Positions 35,926-48,200 of a stretch of 64,000 nucleotides of DNA are shown here, in pieces (the stretch's first letter is position 1; each line of letters starts with the position of its first letter). Both the position numbers and the translations under genes were made by a program. The DNA is taken from assembly GCF_040938485.1 (NCBI RefSeq), contig NW_027271077.1, positions 1,116,001-1,180,000 on the forward strand. The letters run 5' to 3'. Below the pieces are notes generated by a model. It worked only from the letters and a program-made list of their open reading frames with translations, was not told the origin of the DNA and ran no database searches. The stretch comes from Diadema antillarum (taxonomy: Eukaryota).

Positions 35926-36124
35926 ATGGCTCGAGGTAAGCGTGGATCGAGAGGCCGGGGCCGCGGGAAACCTGTGCAGCAGGACGCGGATGATGCTGAG
36001 CCTGTTGAGCAGGAAAACATGGCCGACGAATCAGAAGAAGTAGAACAAGAGCCAGTAGAGGTAGAAGACGCTACCCAACAGGAGGACCAGGATGATAAAG
36101 AGGAGTTCGATGGTGATGCAGGAG
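35926..36124 (+). CDS. PRPF39: PRPF39 coding exon 1 (RG-rich then acidic)
   Basis: ORF 35926-36192; donor G|GTAATA; phase 1. Confidence 0.8.
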
Positions 36125-39100
36125 GTAATATCAAAAGTGTTTTTTTTTTTTTTTTTGCTAGAGAAATGAGTAAAACGAACTGGAAAAAGTAAGTTTAAAC
36201 TAAGTAAGATTACAAGAAGTTGATCGAAAGATCGGTCTGTACTGACTGTAGTTTACTACTAGTGTAGTGTATCTTGTCACTCATCAGGGATTTTTAAATG
36301 TTGTAAGACAGGAAAATCCGTCTGTCCAGAAGAGTTTTTTAAAAGCATTATTTTACTCTTACTCGCCCTCCTGCGCTGCGTAGGGGATTCCCAGAGCTAC
36401 CAAGTCTCACGCATTCTGCGTGAGACTCAAGCATTTAGGGGCCATCTCACGATCTCACGCATGGCACCCATTTTTCTCACGCATCGGGCAAAGTCTGCAA
36501 CTTGGGCCTATAATAATGAGCATAGCTCAAAAGATTAAAGTGATAGTTGCAAATGAAGGTATATTTCCCTTTTATCTTTCAAAATAAGTAAAAAATAGTC
36601 ACTTAAGTATGCACCTGATCGCACCATTAAGAGCTAAAAATTGAAAAAGCTCCCTACCGTGGGAGGGAAAAACCCCTCCCACACCCTCGCTCGCGCGCAC
36701 ATTAGCATGCCGAGATGCCGAATCATGAAAATCTCACTCATAAAATTTTTTTGAACTTGGCATCCCTGGATTCCATGAAGCCAGACGTACATGTAGTCTC
36801 CGCAATACATATCCGTGACAACAAGATACAGACTGATCTTTCGGTCAAGTCGGGGATATGCTCCGCAGAGACTGTCTTGCTTCATGAAATCCGCTGATGC
36901 AGAGGAGGGCCGTGGAAGTCAACAAATGATAAAAGCTCCCCCTGACACACAGATTTTTCTGTCTAACCAAGGAGGTTTAAGAGTTGGAATTCCAACTGGC
37001 TGTGATTATTCAAACAGTTGTCAGATTTCTATTGATGTACAAAAGAATTTCATAGGTGCATTTAGCCATTTTGCCTTGATGATGGATGTTCGACGCTGCC
37101 ATCTTGCTGAGCAATCTGAAGATTCATTTTGAACGTTAACATAAATATTAACCATATTTTGGTTATTTGTTTATTAATAAATGAAATGAAATTTCACTTA
37201 ATGATAAAGCATGTAAAACGAAATTCAATCCCGTGCAGAAATTTGTGCAAAAGTGTAATTCAGAGCTGTATCATGTGAAAATGTTTAAAACTGCACCATC
37301 CTGGAAAGCCGGTTTTATCACTTTTCCACTTAATTTCCACAAATAAAACTAACGTGGAATAATCTTCAAGTATAATCCTTTATTGATAGATATATCAGAT
37401 TAGTGCCCGGGTATGCCCAGTCGAGTAATTTTCATCTTTATTTTGAATTCAGCATTTTTTGCGCAATTTCTATTCGCACATCCTCGTGTCCACCTACCTT
37501 TTTAAATAAGAAGGGATTGCAAAAAGTAATTACCATCACAAAGACATATCTTCCTTAGAAAGTGACTGGTGATTATGCAATGAGACACAAGTCAATTGTC
37601 TTCCTATCTGTTTGGCACATGCGTCAAATATTTTTGAGCGGCGGCATCGAACATCTACATGTAGCAAAGGAAATAAAACGGTTGTGACTCCACTCTCTTG
37701 AACCTCCTTGGTCTACTACTCCTGTTGACTGCCAAGGCCTGTCACGCCCAAGGGCCTAGACTAGACTAGGTCTAGTGCCTAGGCCTTCATCATCTTTTTT
37801 TTTCCATGTGTTAGATATTTACCACGGTATTGCTTAAAATGAAATAAGTCGTTTGTTCAGGGAACTTCTATCAAGTTGTAAGTTATGCTTACTTTGTCTA
37901 CGGGGAAATTTCTTTATGTTTCAGTTTATGCATGTTGTACATTACTGTAAAAGTGGATATTTTTGCGCAAATAATTTTTCGTGCTTGGTCTGGTAAAAAA
38001 TGTTTCACATGTTTTTAATTCCGCGGAATTAAGACACCAAGTACAGGAACGTATGGCAAGCAAAAATGTTTGTGTGATTTTATTTTCGCGCTAGTTTCTG
38101 GTTGCGCGAAATGCGCAAAAATTTCAACACCGCGAAAATTTCCACTTTTACAGTCGCTGAAGGATCATGTCAATGACTTGCTGACAACTCACAATATTTG
38201 GAATTTATTTGAACATGGTGTGCCATAGTCTACGTTGTACTATGCTGATTATTGATCTTGTTGATATGAAACAGAAGTTATGTTTTCACTTTATAAGTCG
38301 AGTAATTCTGGAATTCTAAGGTTTTATTGATTTAGATTCCAAAAAGAAGTAGCACAACAGTTTCTTTTGACTTGCCGTTTATTTTTGCAGCTTTAGGAGC
38401 TTATTCAGAACATTTCATTTACTGCAGGCTCAACATGTAATTCATTTTTCCAGGAAAAAAATTACCATTCTCAATAAAAAGTCTTGATAAAGACAGTGGA
38501 GAATTCACTTGACTTCTAATCTATTGCCTAGCACGTTCTTGATTTCCCCAGGTTATACAAGATTTTGTTCAATTCTGCTACAAATATGTTTACAGATATA
38601 TTTTCTTTTCTTTTTTTTTTCATTTTCTTTTCAAATTTGCTGCAGAGTCACCTACAAGTCAAGAAAAAATGGAAGAAGAGGATGCACCTGAAGCACAAGA
38701 TGCCGGGGAAAAGGACGCTGAGAAAGAGCAAGAGTCTGCTGCTGATAATAACGGATCTGCGAAAGAAGAGGAGACTCCCATGGAAACTCGGGCTTCCGAT
38801 GGAAAAGAGCAAAATGACGCTCCTGCCGCAGAAGTCGAGAAGGTAGAAGATGCAACTGCGGACAGCAAAGCAGACGAAACACCCAAGGAGGACAGCTCGG
38901 AGAAGAAGGAAAAGAAAGACGATTCCTCCGGAGCGGCCAAGAAAGAGACGGAAAAGAAGGAGAGGAAGAAGAAGAAAGAGCGTACCCGTCCTTATGAGCT
39001 GGAGAAATACTGGAAGGCAGTCAACATGAATCCTGCTGACTTCACTGGATGGACGTATCTTCTGCAGTTTGTTGAACAGGAGGTATGAAAATGTGTGTTT

Positions 39101-39196
39101 ATATTTTGATCCAGATTACTGTGTTTGTTCATAAATTTATTTTTTTTTTGCCTAAGATGGTTTTATGCAGTGGCACTTGCACTAATGTTCTTTTAC

Positions 39197-39264
<68 letters not shown>

Positions 39265-42200
39265 AATGCATGCACATCATCACTGCCATATGGCTATTGC
39301 TCTCTGAATTAGAAATATCTCTATTCAATTTGTACACCCAGGCTCCACATACTGTATCCACTATTGTGTGAGATTAATATTTGAATATTCAAAGAAGAAA
39401 GATTTTGCTATTTCTCTCTTGTTGGTAAGAGTGTCTTTGGTGTAAAAGCAGAGACTCCAACTCTCCCGTTTTCGACGGGAGATGTCCCGCCGAAAACCCA
39501 TTTTTGCAAAATCTCCCATTCTCCCGTTTGAGATTTAATTTCTCCCGCCCTGGCTCTTTGTCTCCCGTTGGAAGGGATTTCTTACATATTTCTATCGTAT
39601 GTTGAAAAAATTAGCCTTAGATAGCACCACAGAGCATCTAGAACCCTGGGAATTTCGCGCTTCGCACACATCAACTTTGAGTCTCCCGTTTGCTAGGGGT
39701 TTCAGGCGGGAGAATCTCCAGATCAGAAGGTACTTTGGGTTGGAGTCTCTGTAAAAGCTATTCTTTGTTCACAGACTAATTCAAATTGCAATATAAGTAT
39801 CAGATATTAATATTCTGTACAATCAAAAGTGAGATGTAAAAATCTTTTACACTAGGCAATATTGTTTTGTGCGTACATTTGTAATAAAAGAATTGTAGTT
39901 GAAAGAAAAGCAAGAACATGCTACATACACTACAATTTTTCTGCAGCTAGCAGATGTTTGTTTTAATATGATTCTTAATGGCACATACTGAATAATGAAC
40001 TTAGCTTACCTGAAGGCACACTTTCAATCTTATTACTGTCTGCTATCATGTGGATAACTTACAATGTACTTGAAAATGATTTTCTTTTTCTCCATTTCAG
40101 GATTACATGCCCTTCTACCGTGAAGCCTTTGATGCCTTTTTTGAGCATTACCCATATTGCTACGGCTACTGGAAAAAGTATGCTGATGCGGAAAGGAAGA
40201 AAGGTTCAATGGACAATTGCTGGGCTGTAAGTTACAAACCAACCTTTGTCTTGCCTAGTCCTGTTTTAATGTCCCAGTGGAAGTTACCGTCTTCAACATC
40301 TGTGAAACACACTTAATATTCCCTATCGTGGCAAAGCTTGGAAGGCTTTTCTCAAGAGACTGCAATCAATCGATCAGGATTTATGAATGAATATCTCCAG
40401 CTATTGTGTATGATATTGACATTGACTCATGATTTGTAAAAATCAGAAAAATGGCAGTAGAGTTTTTATCAGGGAATAAATAATGCATGCCTCTTTACAC
40501 AGCTTTAAACAGCGTATATGTATGTATTGCCATTGAATTAAGTTCATTGGGATGCTACTGCTTTAATGCAAAGGATTATATTTTTGCCAGTTTTTAAAAA
40601 CCTCTCTGGAGGTGGTCTGATTCAAGATCGATATTGATGGCATTTCATTCGGTGGAATGTAGGAAACATTGGGGAGTTAAAGACTCTAATAATGCAATGC
40701 CTCAAAAGTGTAATGATACGAGAGCCCAGGCTGTTTCCAAGAATTTTGATACTAAATTTTTATGCCACTGAAATTGCTAGGCATCATGTCATATGACCAA
40801 TATGTTATATAATTTGATCAAATATTCATTTTTTATAAACCTACATTATCAAAGAAGTGTCATCAACTTCCATGTATCTAAAGAATTGATGACACAAATC
40901 CCTATTTAATTTTCTCTTTACTTATGAAAATCATGAACATACTGTGATATCAAAAGACTGTTTTACTTAAAATTTGCAACACATGCTGTCACTTTCACTT
41001 CACAGATCTTCGTCTGAAATCCTAGGTATTTATAGAGTGAATTAGGTGGGGGAAAAGAAAAAAAATGGACCTCTTCTCAAAGCCCAAACTTTCCAGAAAC
41101 AATCAGTGTTTGTATATTCATGGAAGGGAAGAGCTTTCATGAAAGCGTATGCTCCTTTTTATGGCTGAATGCGCGCTATGTTTGCCTAGAATTACACGTA
41201 GCCTACATTGATGCCTGCTGTTGGCGTGATTATATTCCTCGCCATAGAACATTTGCTGGTGCATTTGCTGGTGGTAGTTTTGTGCGAGAGAGAGAGAGAG
41301 AACATATATTCATGCATCATTAAGCGCTTCACATTTTGATATATGCCAGCTATGTTGTATGTTGCTGTGCAGATGGTTACTGTTTGTGTCAGCGGTGGAT
41401 ATACAGGAAGGTGAGTTTTTCTGCGTTTGGTCCTTGTGGTCTCCAAGTGATCTGCTGTTCAGCAGTGAGACTGAGCCTCCGTCTGGTTTTTCTCAGTTTA
41501 TTAATTTATGTCTATTTTTAAGTAAAGCAGTTGTACCTTTGCCCTCCACAGGAGCCGATGTTGAGGACGCGAGTAATACTTTTGAAAATGAATGCAAACT
41601 TCGAGCTGTAGCGATGTTTGTGCTGATCTCGTGTTTGCACCAAGTTTACTATCTCTATGAGTTGCCAGTAAAAGCCAAACATTTCATTTTAGGCATTGCT
41701 CTACTCCATGCCAAATTATACTTAAAAAACACTGGTTGTCTCTTGGAAAATGGGCATATTGAGAATGAAAGTCTTGTGGTAGCTATCCAAATTTGGAGCT
41801 TTTTTTTTTCTTTTTTCTTTTTTGATTTTGTTTAAATGGACAATTTTGAAGAGACTAAGCGAGGACAGCTGGTCATTGCCAGGATGACAGGTGACTGGAA
41901 GAGATTCGTCTATGACATCTTGTCGACTGTCCAGCAGGAGATAAAATCAGGAGCAAAGGTTGAATTGAACTATGAGATTACATGTTTGTTATCGCTTTCT
42001 TGATACGGACCGTTGAGCCATTTCTGCTGTATTATGTAACAGCTGGAATGTATTGCCTTGTTATGTTGGTTATATTTTTCCTTGATTTCTGTATATCCTT
42101 CTTTTATATATTTGTCAGAGGCATTCGTTCTCTGTTGTGCGGGACATCCATTGCCGTTTATGTGAGAACAAACATGCACGTAAGCGTGTCGGGTTTGTGG

Positions 42201-45200
42201 TCTGTGTGTGGAGTGGCGAGCATGACCAGATTTGAATGGGTGTCAGCTTTCGCTGTGTTGGGTGTAGATCGGCACATGGTGTCCCATTGGCCTGGACAGG
42301 GTGTAACGCTCCCGGGCTGTTCCGTTTGTGTTTGTCAGGTTTTCAAAAGAGGTTTGGCATCGATTCCTCTCAGCCTGGACCTCTGGCTCCACTACATCAG
42401 CATTTCCAGCCAGAACATACCCAAATCTGATGAGCAACGAGCAGAAAAGCTCAGAGAGTAAGCCCCCTGGTTCTGTTATGTGTTTCAGTTTGTTTACTGT
42501 AACCCTAAAGGGGCCGGGCTCTTTTGGCTATACTCAGACCGGGGGGATGGATTCCGCCCACTGACCACTTTTCTACCATAATTAGCACAAAATTAATCAA
42601 TGAAAGTGATTAATTGTAAAAATAATCAGGTTTTTATGACTTTCATGACAGAGCACTGTTTTCCATAGGAAATGTACACAAAATCACAAAATTGTGCCCG
42701 TTTTGGGACGACATTCCGTTACAAAAATGGGCGTGGGTTCGCAAAAGTATGCGCGGACGTTGCAAATTTGGTCTCAAAAGTTGCGCGAGACTTGTGCGAA
42801 GAAAGTCAAGAAGCCTCGCGATGAGGCCTTCTCGCGTTACAGAATTATAGCGCAAAACGTCGAGGGGGGGGGGCGGATCCCCCCCCCCCCCCCCCCGGCC
42901 CTTTTAGGGTTGAGGATAGAAGAAGGGTAACCATGATAATGACAAACCTCATATGCCTTGCTACCTGGTGCACTATATCAAAACATAGCTCTCACTATAT
43001 GTGGAGGTGATATCTTATGAAGATAGTGTTTAGCTGTAATGGCATAATGTTCTTCTTACTCATTTGACACTTCATTAACTTGCTTTCTGCATTGTGAATC
43101 ATCTGTATAATAGACCAGTGCATACACAGATTAGCTTGCGTACTCAAACAATGATTGGTGTAATTGAAATATTAAAGCTGCCCTTATAATTTTGTGCCTC
43201 AGTTGTTATACATGTAACTCCTATGTTTCGTTTGTAATGCAATATTCTGGATATTCACTGTGACATCCAGCTCTGTTACAAATACTTGAAGTGGTGCAAA
43301 CTATAGCTGCTGCAAATTCTTGTCTTAACCTGGTAGGCTCTACGAACAGGCAGTCGCTGCTGCCGGCATGGACTTCAGATCGGACAAGCTGTGGGACCAG
43401 TACATCAATTTTGAGAAGAAGGACCAGAAAGACTGGAAGAAAGTCATGCAGCTCTATGACAGACTCCTGAAGATCCCCACCCAGCTCTACCGACACCACT
43501 TTGACAAGTATGTAGCAGAAACATGACTGTAAAACCAGAAATATTCCAGTGCATTTTAGTTTCATGAATTTCGCGAGAGCCAAGATTCGCAAAATTAAAA
43601 TGCACATTAAAGCTCTTGTCTACACTACATGCATTGAATTCCAGTGGCAATTTGCCCAAAAGAAAAGAGAAATTTCATGCTGCGAAAATATCTTGCTGTA
43701 CATTATGTAGTGTACATATTGAAATTACAAGGAATGTCAAATTCACAAGAACCATTGAGAGAACACTGATTTTAGACTCTACTTTATGTGCCATATATTT
43801 AGCAAGTCTAAATTTTCATGAAGAAGGACTTTCCGACATTTTAGCGAGTGAATAAAGTTGTGGTCATGAAGTACGGCAATGGATGAAGACCCGTACACAT
43901 GCACGTTGCATTCATGTCGGGATCAGAGTTAATATTTTCATGTGTTATTAGGTTCATGAATAGCACCAGATGCTCGAAATTTGCAAAAACAAAAACCCTG
44001 TGAGATTTTTAACATATACAGCATCTAATTGATCCCAATGAAAGAAAATGACAGAGCAAGAGCAGATTTTCAGCTTACGTGACTTGAAATGTGTCGTCTG
44101 AATTGATATACCATCTTGCAGGATGAAGGAGTTCATTCAGTCCCACATCCCCAAGGAGTACCTGGACTTCGATGAGTTCCTCAGTCTGCGCGAGCAGGTG
44201 GTGGCCGAAGCTGATCCCCAAGAGGTGGACGATGACGAGGGAGGGGCCCCAGGGGATGATGCTCCACCGGGCGAGGAGGGTCCGCCCGGAGAAGATGCGC
44301 CCCCTGGTGTCTCCACGTCCTCCTCCAAGGTTACTCTCTCACCATCTTCTTCTGTTCCGTAATCCCTGCAGAATCTCGTTTTTACCTTGTCCCACAATTC
44401 TACAGTAGATCCATGTGCTACTTCCAGTTGTTTGCACGTTCAGTAGCAATATGCATGCATTCAATGCTTGTTGCTTCAAAATTGATTGATTCTAAATTGC
44501 TTGTGAAGTCCACTGTACAGTGCACTCCCATTATAACGAACACGGTTATAACGAAATTTCCTTTAAAACGAAGTAAAAATTACGGCTGCAACGTTATCCT
44601 CTCTATGTATTTCTATTGTTTGTTTGTTCGGTTATAACGAAATTTCGATATAACAAAAAAAAAAAATTGCTGGTCCCAAGGACGTCATTATATTAGGAGT
44701 CCACTGTATCGATAATGATAAGCATCAGCTAATACATGTAGCAAGCATTTTCGTTCGTTCATCCGGTGTGCTAGCAATTTCTGTTGTGATATCGACTGGG
44801 TGCAAGTAGGGGCCAGCTTTACAGTGCATTGATTGCATCATGTGATGTATCTTAACAGAGCATCCACCCAGCAATAGATTGCAAAAATGTTGTCCTTCTA
44901 TGGAGCCAGTAGAAATGTGAATATATGTGACATACTGTAAAAGTGGATATTTTTGCCTGACTAATTTTTCACGCTTGGCCAGATAAGAGAAGAAATGTGA
45001 AAATTTCCACTTATACAATATGTTTATGAGTGGTATATTTGTTACCCTGTATATAGCCGCCCCCCCCCCCCCCCCCAAAAAAAAAAAAGTCTTGGACTGC
45101 TGGTACAATGCAGGAGACAGAAATTGATGTGCCCCCCCCCCCTTGTCTTGCAAAGCACCTTGAGCAACTTATGTTCACCACAAAATTTTGCACGTTAGTA

Positions 45201-48200
45201 TCATTGCAGCAGATAGCTAGATCTCTCAGCTTGAAACACTTCATATTTGTTATCGACTTTCATTTCCACTTTGACTATATTCATATACGAAATAACGTTT
45301 CTATGAAACTTTTGCTCCCTCTATTCCCTTCACAGGTGATTGAAGGTGAGAATAAACTGATCCAGGAGAAAGTCATCGAGTCTCGGCGAGCAGTCTTTAG
45401 GAAGACAGAGCAAGAAGTCAGCAAGAGATGGGCCTATGAAGAGGCGGTAAGCATAAAGATTACAACAGTCTACCATTTTGCCATTCCCTGGTATATTATT
45501 TTCCGTGAGGGTTAAAACAACTGGTGCTTCCTTTAGATAGTACTGCTTGCATCAGACCATAAACGTGATCACTGTCAGTTACGAAATGGAATCTTATACA
45601 CACTGTATGCAAACAGCAGCTGGTAAGCAGTCTGTCCCAACTAAACTGATTATGAAGGCATATGTGCATCTCTTCATTGTGTCAAATGTTGACTCTTTTC
45701 AGAAGTATACTTGCAATTCTTGTGAGATGTGACCAGTGATTGTCACATCAAGATGAGAGCTGGATTGTGCGTCCTGTTCAATTATATAGAAAGCTCTCTA
45801 TAAACTCTGAGTGACACCTGCATGCAGGACATACATATCATGAATTCTTCATGTCCATCATTAACCCGCTGAGGATGAGAAGATTTTGCTATGACATGCA
45901 TTTCCCATAGACATCTGCCCGAGTATTCTTGGGACTAGTTTTCAACGGGTTAAGAATGAAAACATAATACCCATAGATGAAAGAAACAGATGGTAGAATT
46001 GCACTGTCGATAGTATTTCCCTTGAATATTTCTTCTAGTCTATCCATTAGACTATAAAAGCCTTCCTGATTTGGACATTATTATTGCTCATTGAATGTAT
46101 GTAATACGCTTTCTCCATGGTAATTTTTATGAAATTCCCCTGATTTTTACATTCGCATGCTGGCTACCAAGACGTAGCCGACGACTACTTTAAACACCTT
46201 TACTAACGATGACATTCCAGATTCGTCGTCCATACTTCCATGCCAAGCCGTTGGAGAAGGGGCAGCTGAAGACATGGCGTGAATACCTGGAGTTTGAAGA
46301 GAGCACCGGGCAGCATGAGAGAACAGTGCTGCTCTACGAGCGCTGCCTCATCGCCTGTGCCCTGTACGAGGAGTTCTGGCTGAAGGTTAGTACCAGGCGC
46401 CGCGATAATGACATCGTCCCAATGTAATTTTGTTGCACCTAGCAAGGTTGTTAATCAAGAGGAAGTGTGATGTTTCATGTTTTAGGAATGTATGATTAGT
46501 CTTGCCCAGGCAAGCCTTACCTGCAGCTACACCTTAATCTCAGTCATACTGCTTTTTATCCGTCTAAGTCTGATGCCATGTTAATGTAAACTGAATATTT
46601 GATTTTTCATTACGGTTGGCAAAAGTTTCATATGAACCATCAGTGACATTTTGAGATGGGGACTTGATAGATTAACAGTGTGCACATGGGTACCTGGTAA
46701 GAATTTTATCAGAGATCACTCAGTTCCAGCAAAAATGGTGATGTAAACATGGACTAAAAGTTCTCTATTTTCGTGCTGCCTAGCTCGTAAAGAACCGGAG
46801 ATATACACATAAAACTTTAAAAGCGACAAAAGAGGTGTTGAAATAAACATTCTTTAATGACTTCATTTTTGAATGGACTGTGCTTGTATGTGTACACATT
46901 TGTCTGCATTTTTTCCAGTATGCAAGGTACATGGAGAAGCAAAGTATCGAGTCTTCTTCTGAGGTTTTCAAACGGGCATGTAATACACATCTCCCATCCA
47001 AACCAGCCATCAACATCCAGTGGGCAGCTTTTGAGGAGAAGAATGGTAGGTAGTGAAATAGTACTGTAGCCTCCTGCGATCATCAAATAGAAATAATTAC
47101 TGATTAATAATTACTGATGGGTACAGCTGAGCCATATCCTCAATATTCCTGAGGAACCAGTGCTTCATTCGTGTAAGGAGCAGTGTTTTCTACATTTTGA
47201 AGTTCTTTAAACAATGTAAACACCAAGTCTCCAAAGAGTGTGAGCTATGTTTCTTAAGGGAGAAAGTACCGTAGAGTACTGCAAGCTAAAGTCATTGATT
47301 ATGCACTACTACTAGATGCATCCTGACGTGATTTGCCAAGTGTTGCTCACATGCAGATATGTGGATCCTTTTGTCGTCTAGGCAACATGGACAAGGCGAA
47401 AGAGATCCTGGAGCGGTTGCAGGAGAAGCAGCCCGACTCCGTGATGATCCGTCTCGAGCGCATCAACTTTGAGAGGAGGCAGGGGGACAAGGAGAAGGTC
47501 ATCACCCTCTACAAGGGATGCATCGATGACGCCAAGACGGCGACAGGGCAGTCCTTCTTTGCGAGCAAACTGGCCAGGTTCTACCTGAAGGTATCTACCA
47601 TGTGGCAACAGACATTTTCTTCTCCGAATGAGTGATATACATTCATGTCTCATGTGGTAATGCCAATGCTATTGACTCTATAATTACGCCAGTGCCCTAC
47701 TGGAATTTGTGGAAGCTACTTTAGGTTTAATCAGTTGATTGCTCTGTTGGGTCTTCCTGGGGGGCATTTCAGGAAGCATTTTGTCCGACAAAGTTGTCGG
47801 ACAAATTTGCTCTCAGCCAATCAGATGCAAGGATTTCCGTAGCTTGTAACAGTTAGAAAAATATCCGACCAAAATGCTTCATGAAATGCCCCCCTGATTT
47901 TGATTTTTTAATGTTGACAGCCCCAATAAGGCTATTGTTTTACAAAACAGATTGATGGGGATTGAATAATCTCCTGTGCATTTACAGTCAAAATTCAGGA
48001 CTTGCATTGATGGGCAGTGAGAGCATACTGACTTTGCCAATCACAAACAAAGTGTAGCCACATTTTGCTAGCCTCAAGGAAATACAGGTGGCTGTCACAC
48101 TTCACAAATGAGGCTCAGAAGATGTGGAATGATTTATCTTCAAATCAGTGAAGACATGTGAATATCTCATAGATGTAACAAGAATGTTTACATTCCTTCA

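Noticed and set aside
37078-37125. C/D snoRNA candidate (TGATGA...CTGA) in a PRPF39 intron
   Set aside because: Boxes are too close together, with no terminal stem or C'/D' boxes.
41982-42461. 159-aa plus ORF as a separate gene
   Set aside because: Its 3' end is PRPF39 exon 4; the rest is hydrophobic, UG-rich intron read-through (candidate exon B is treated separately).
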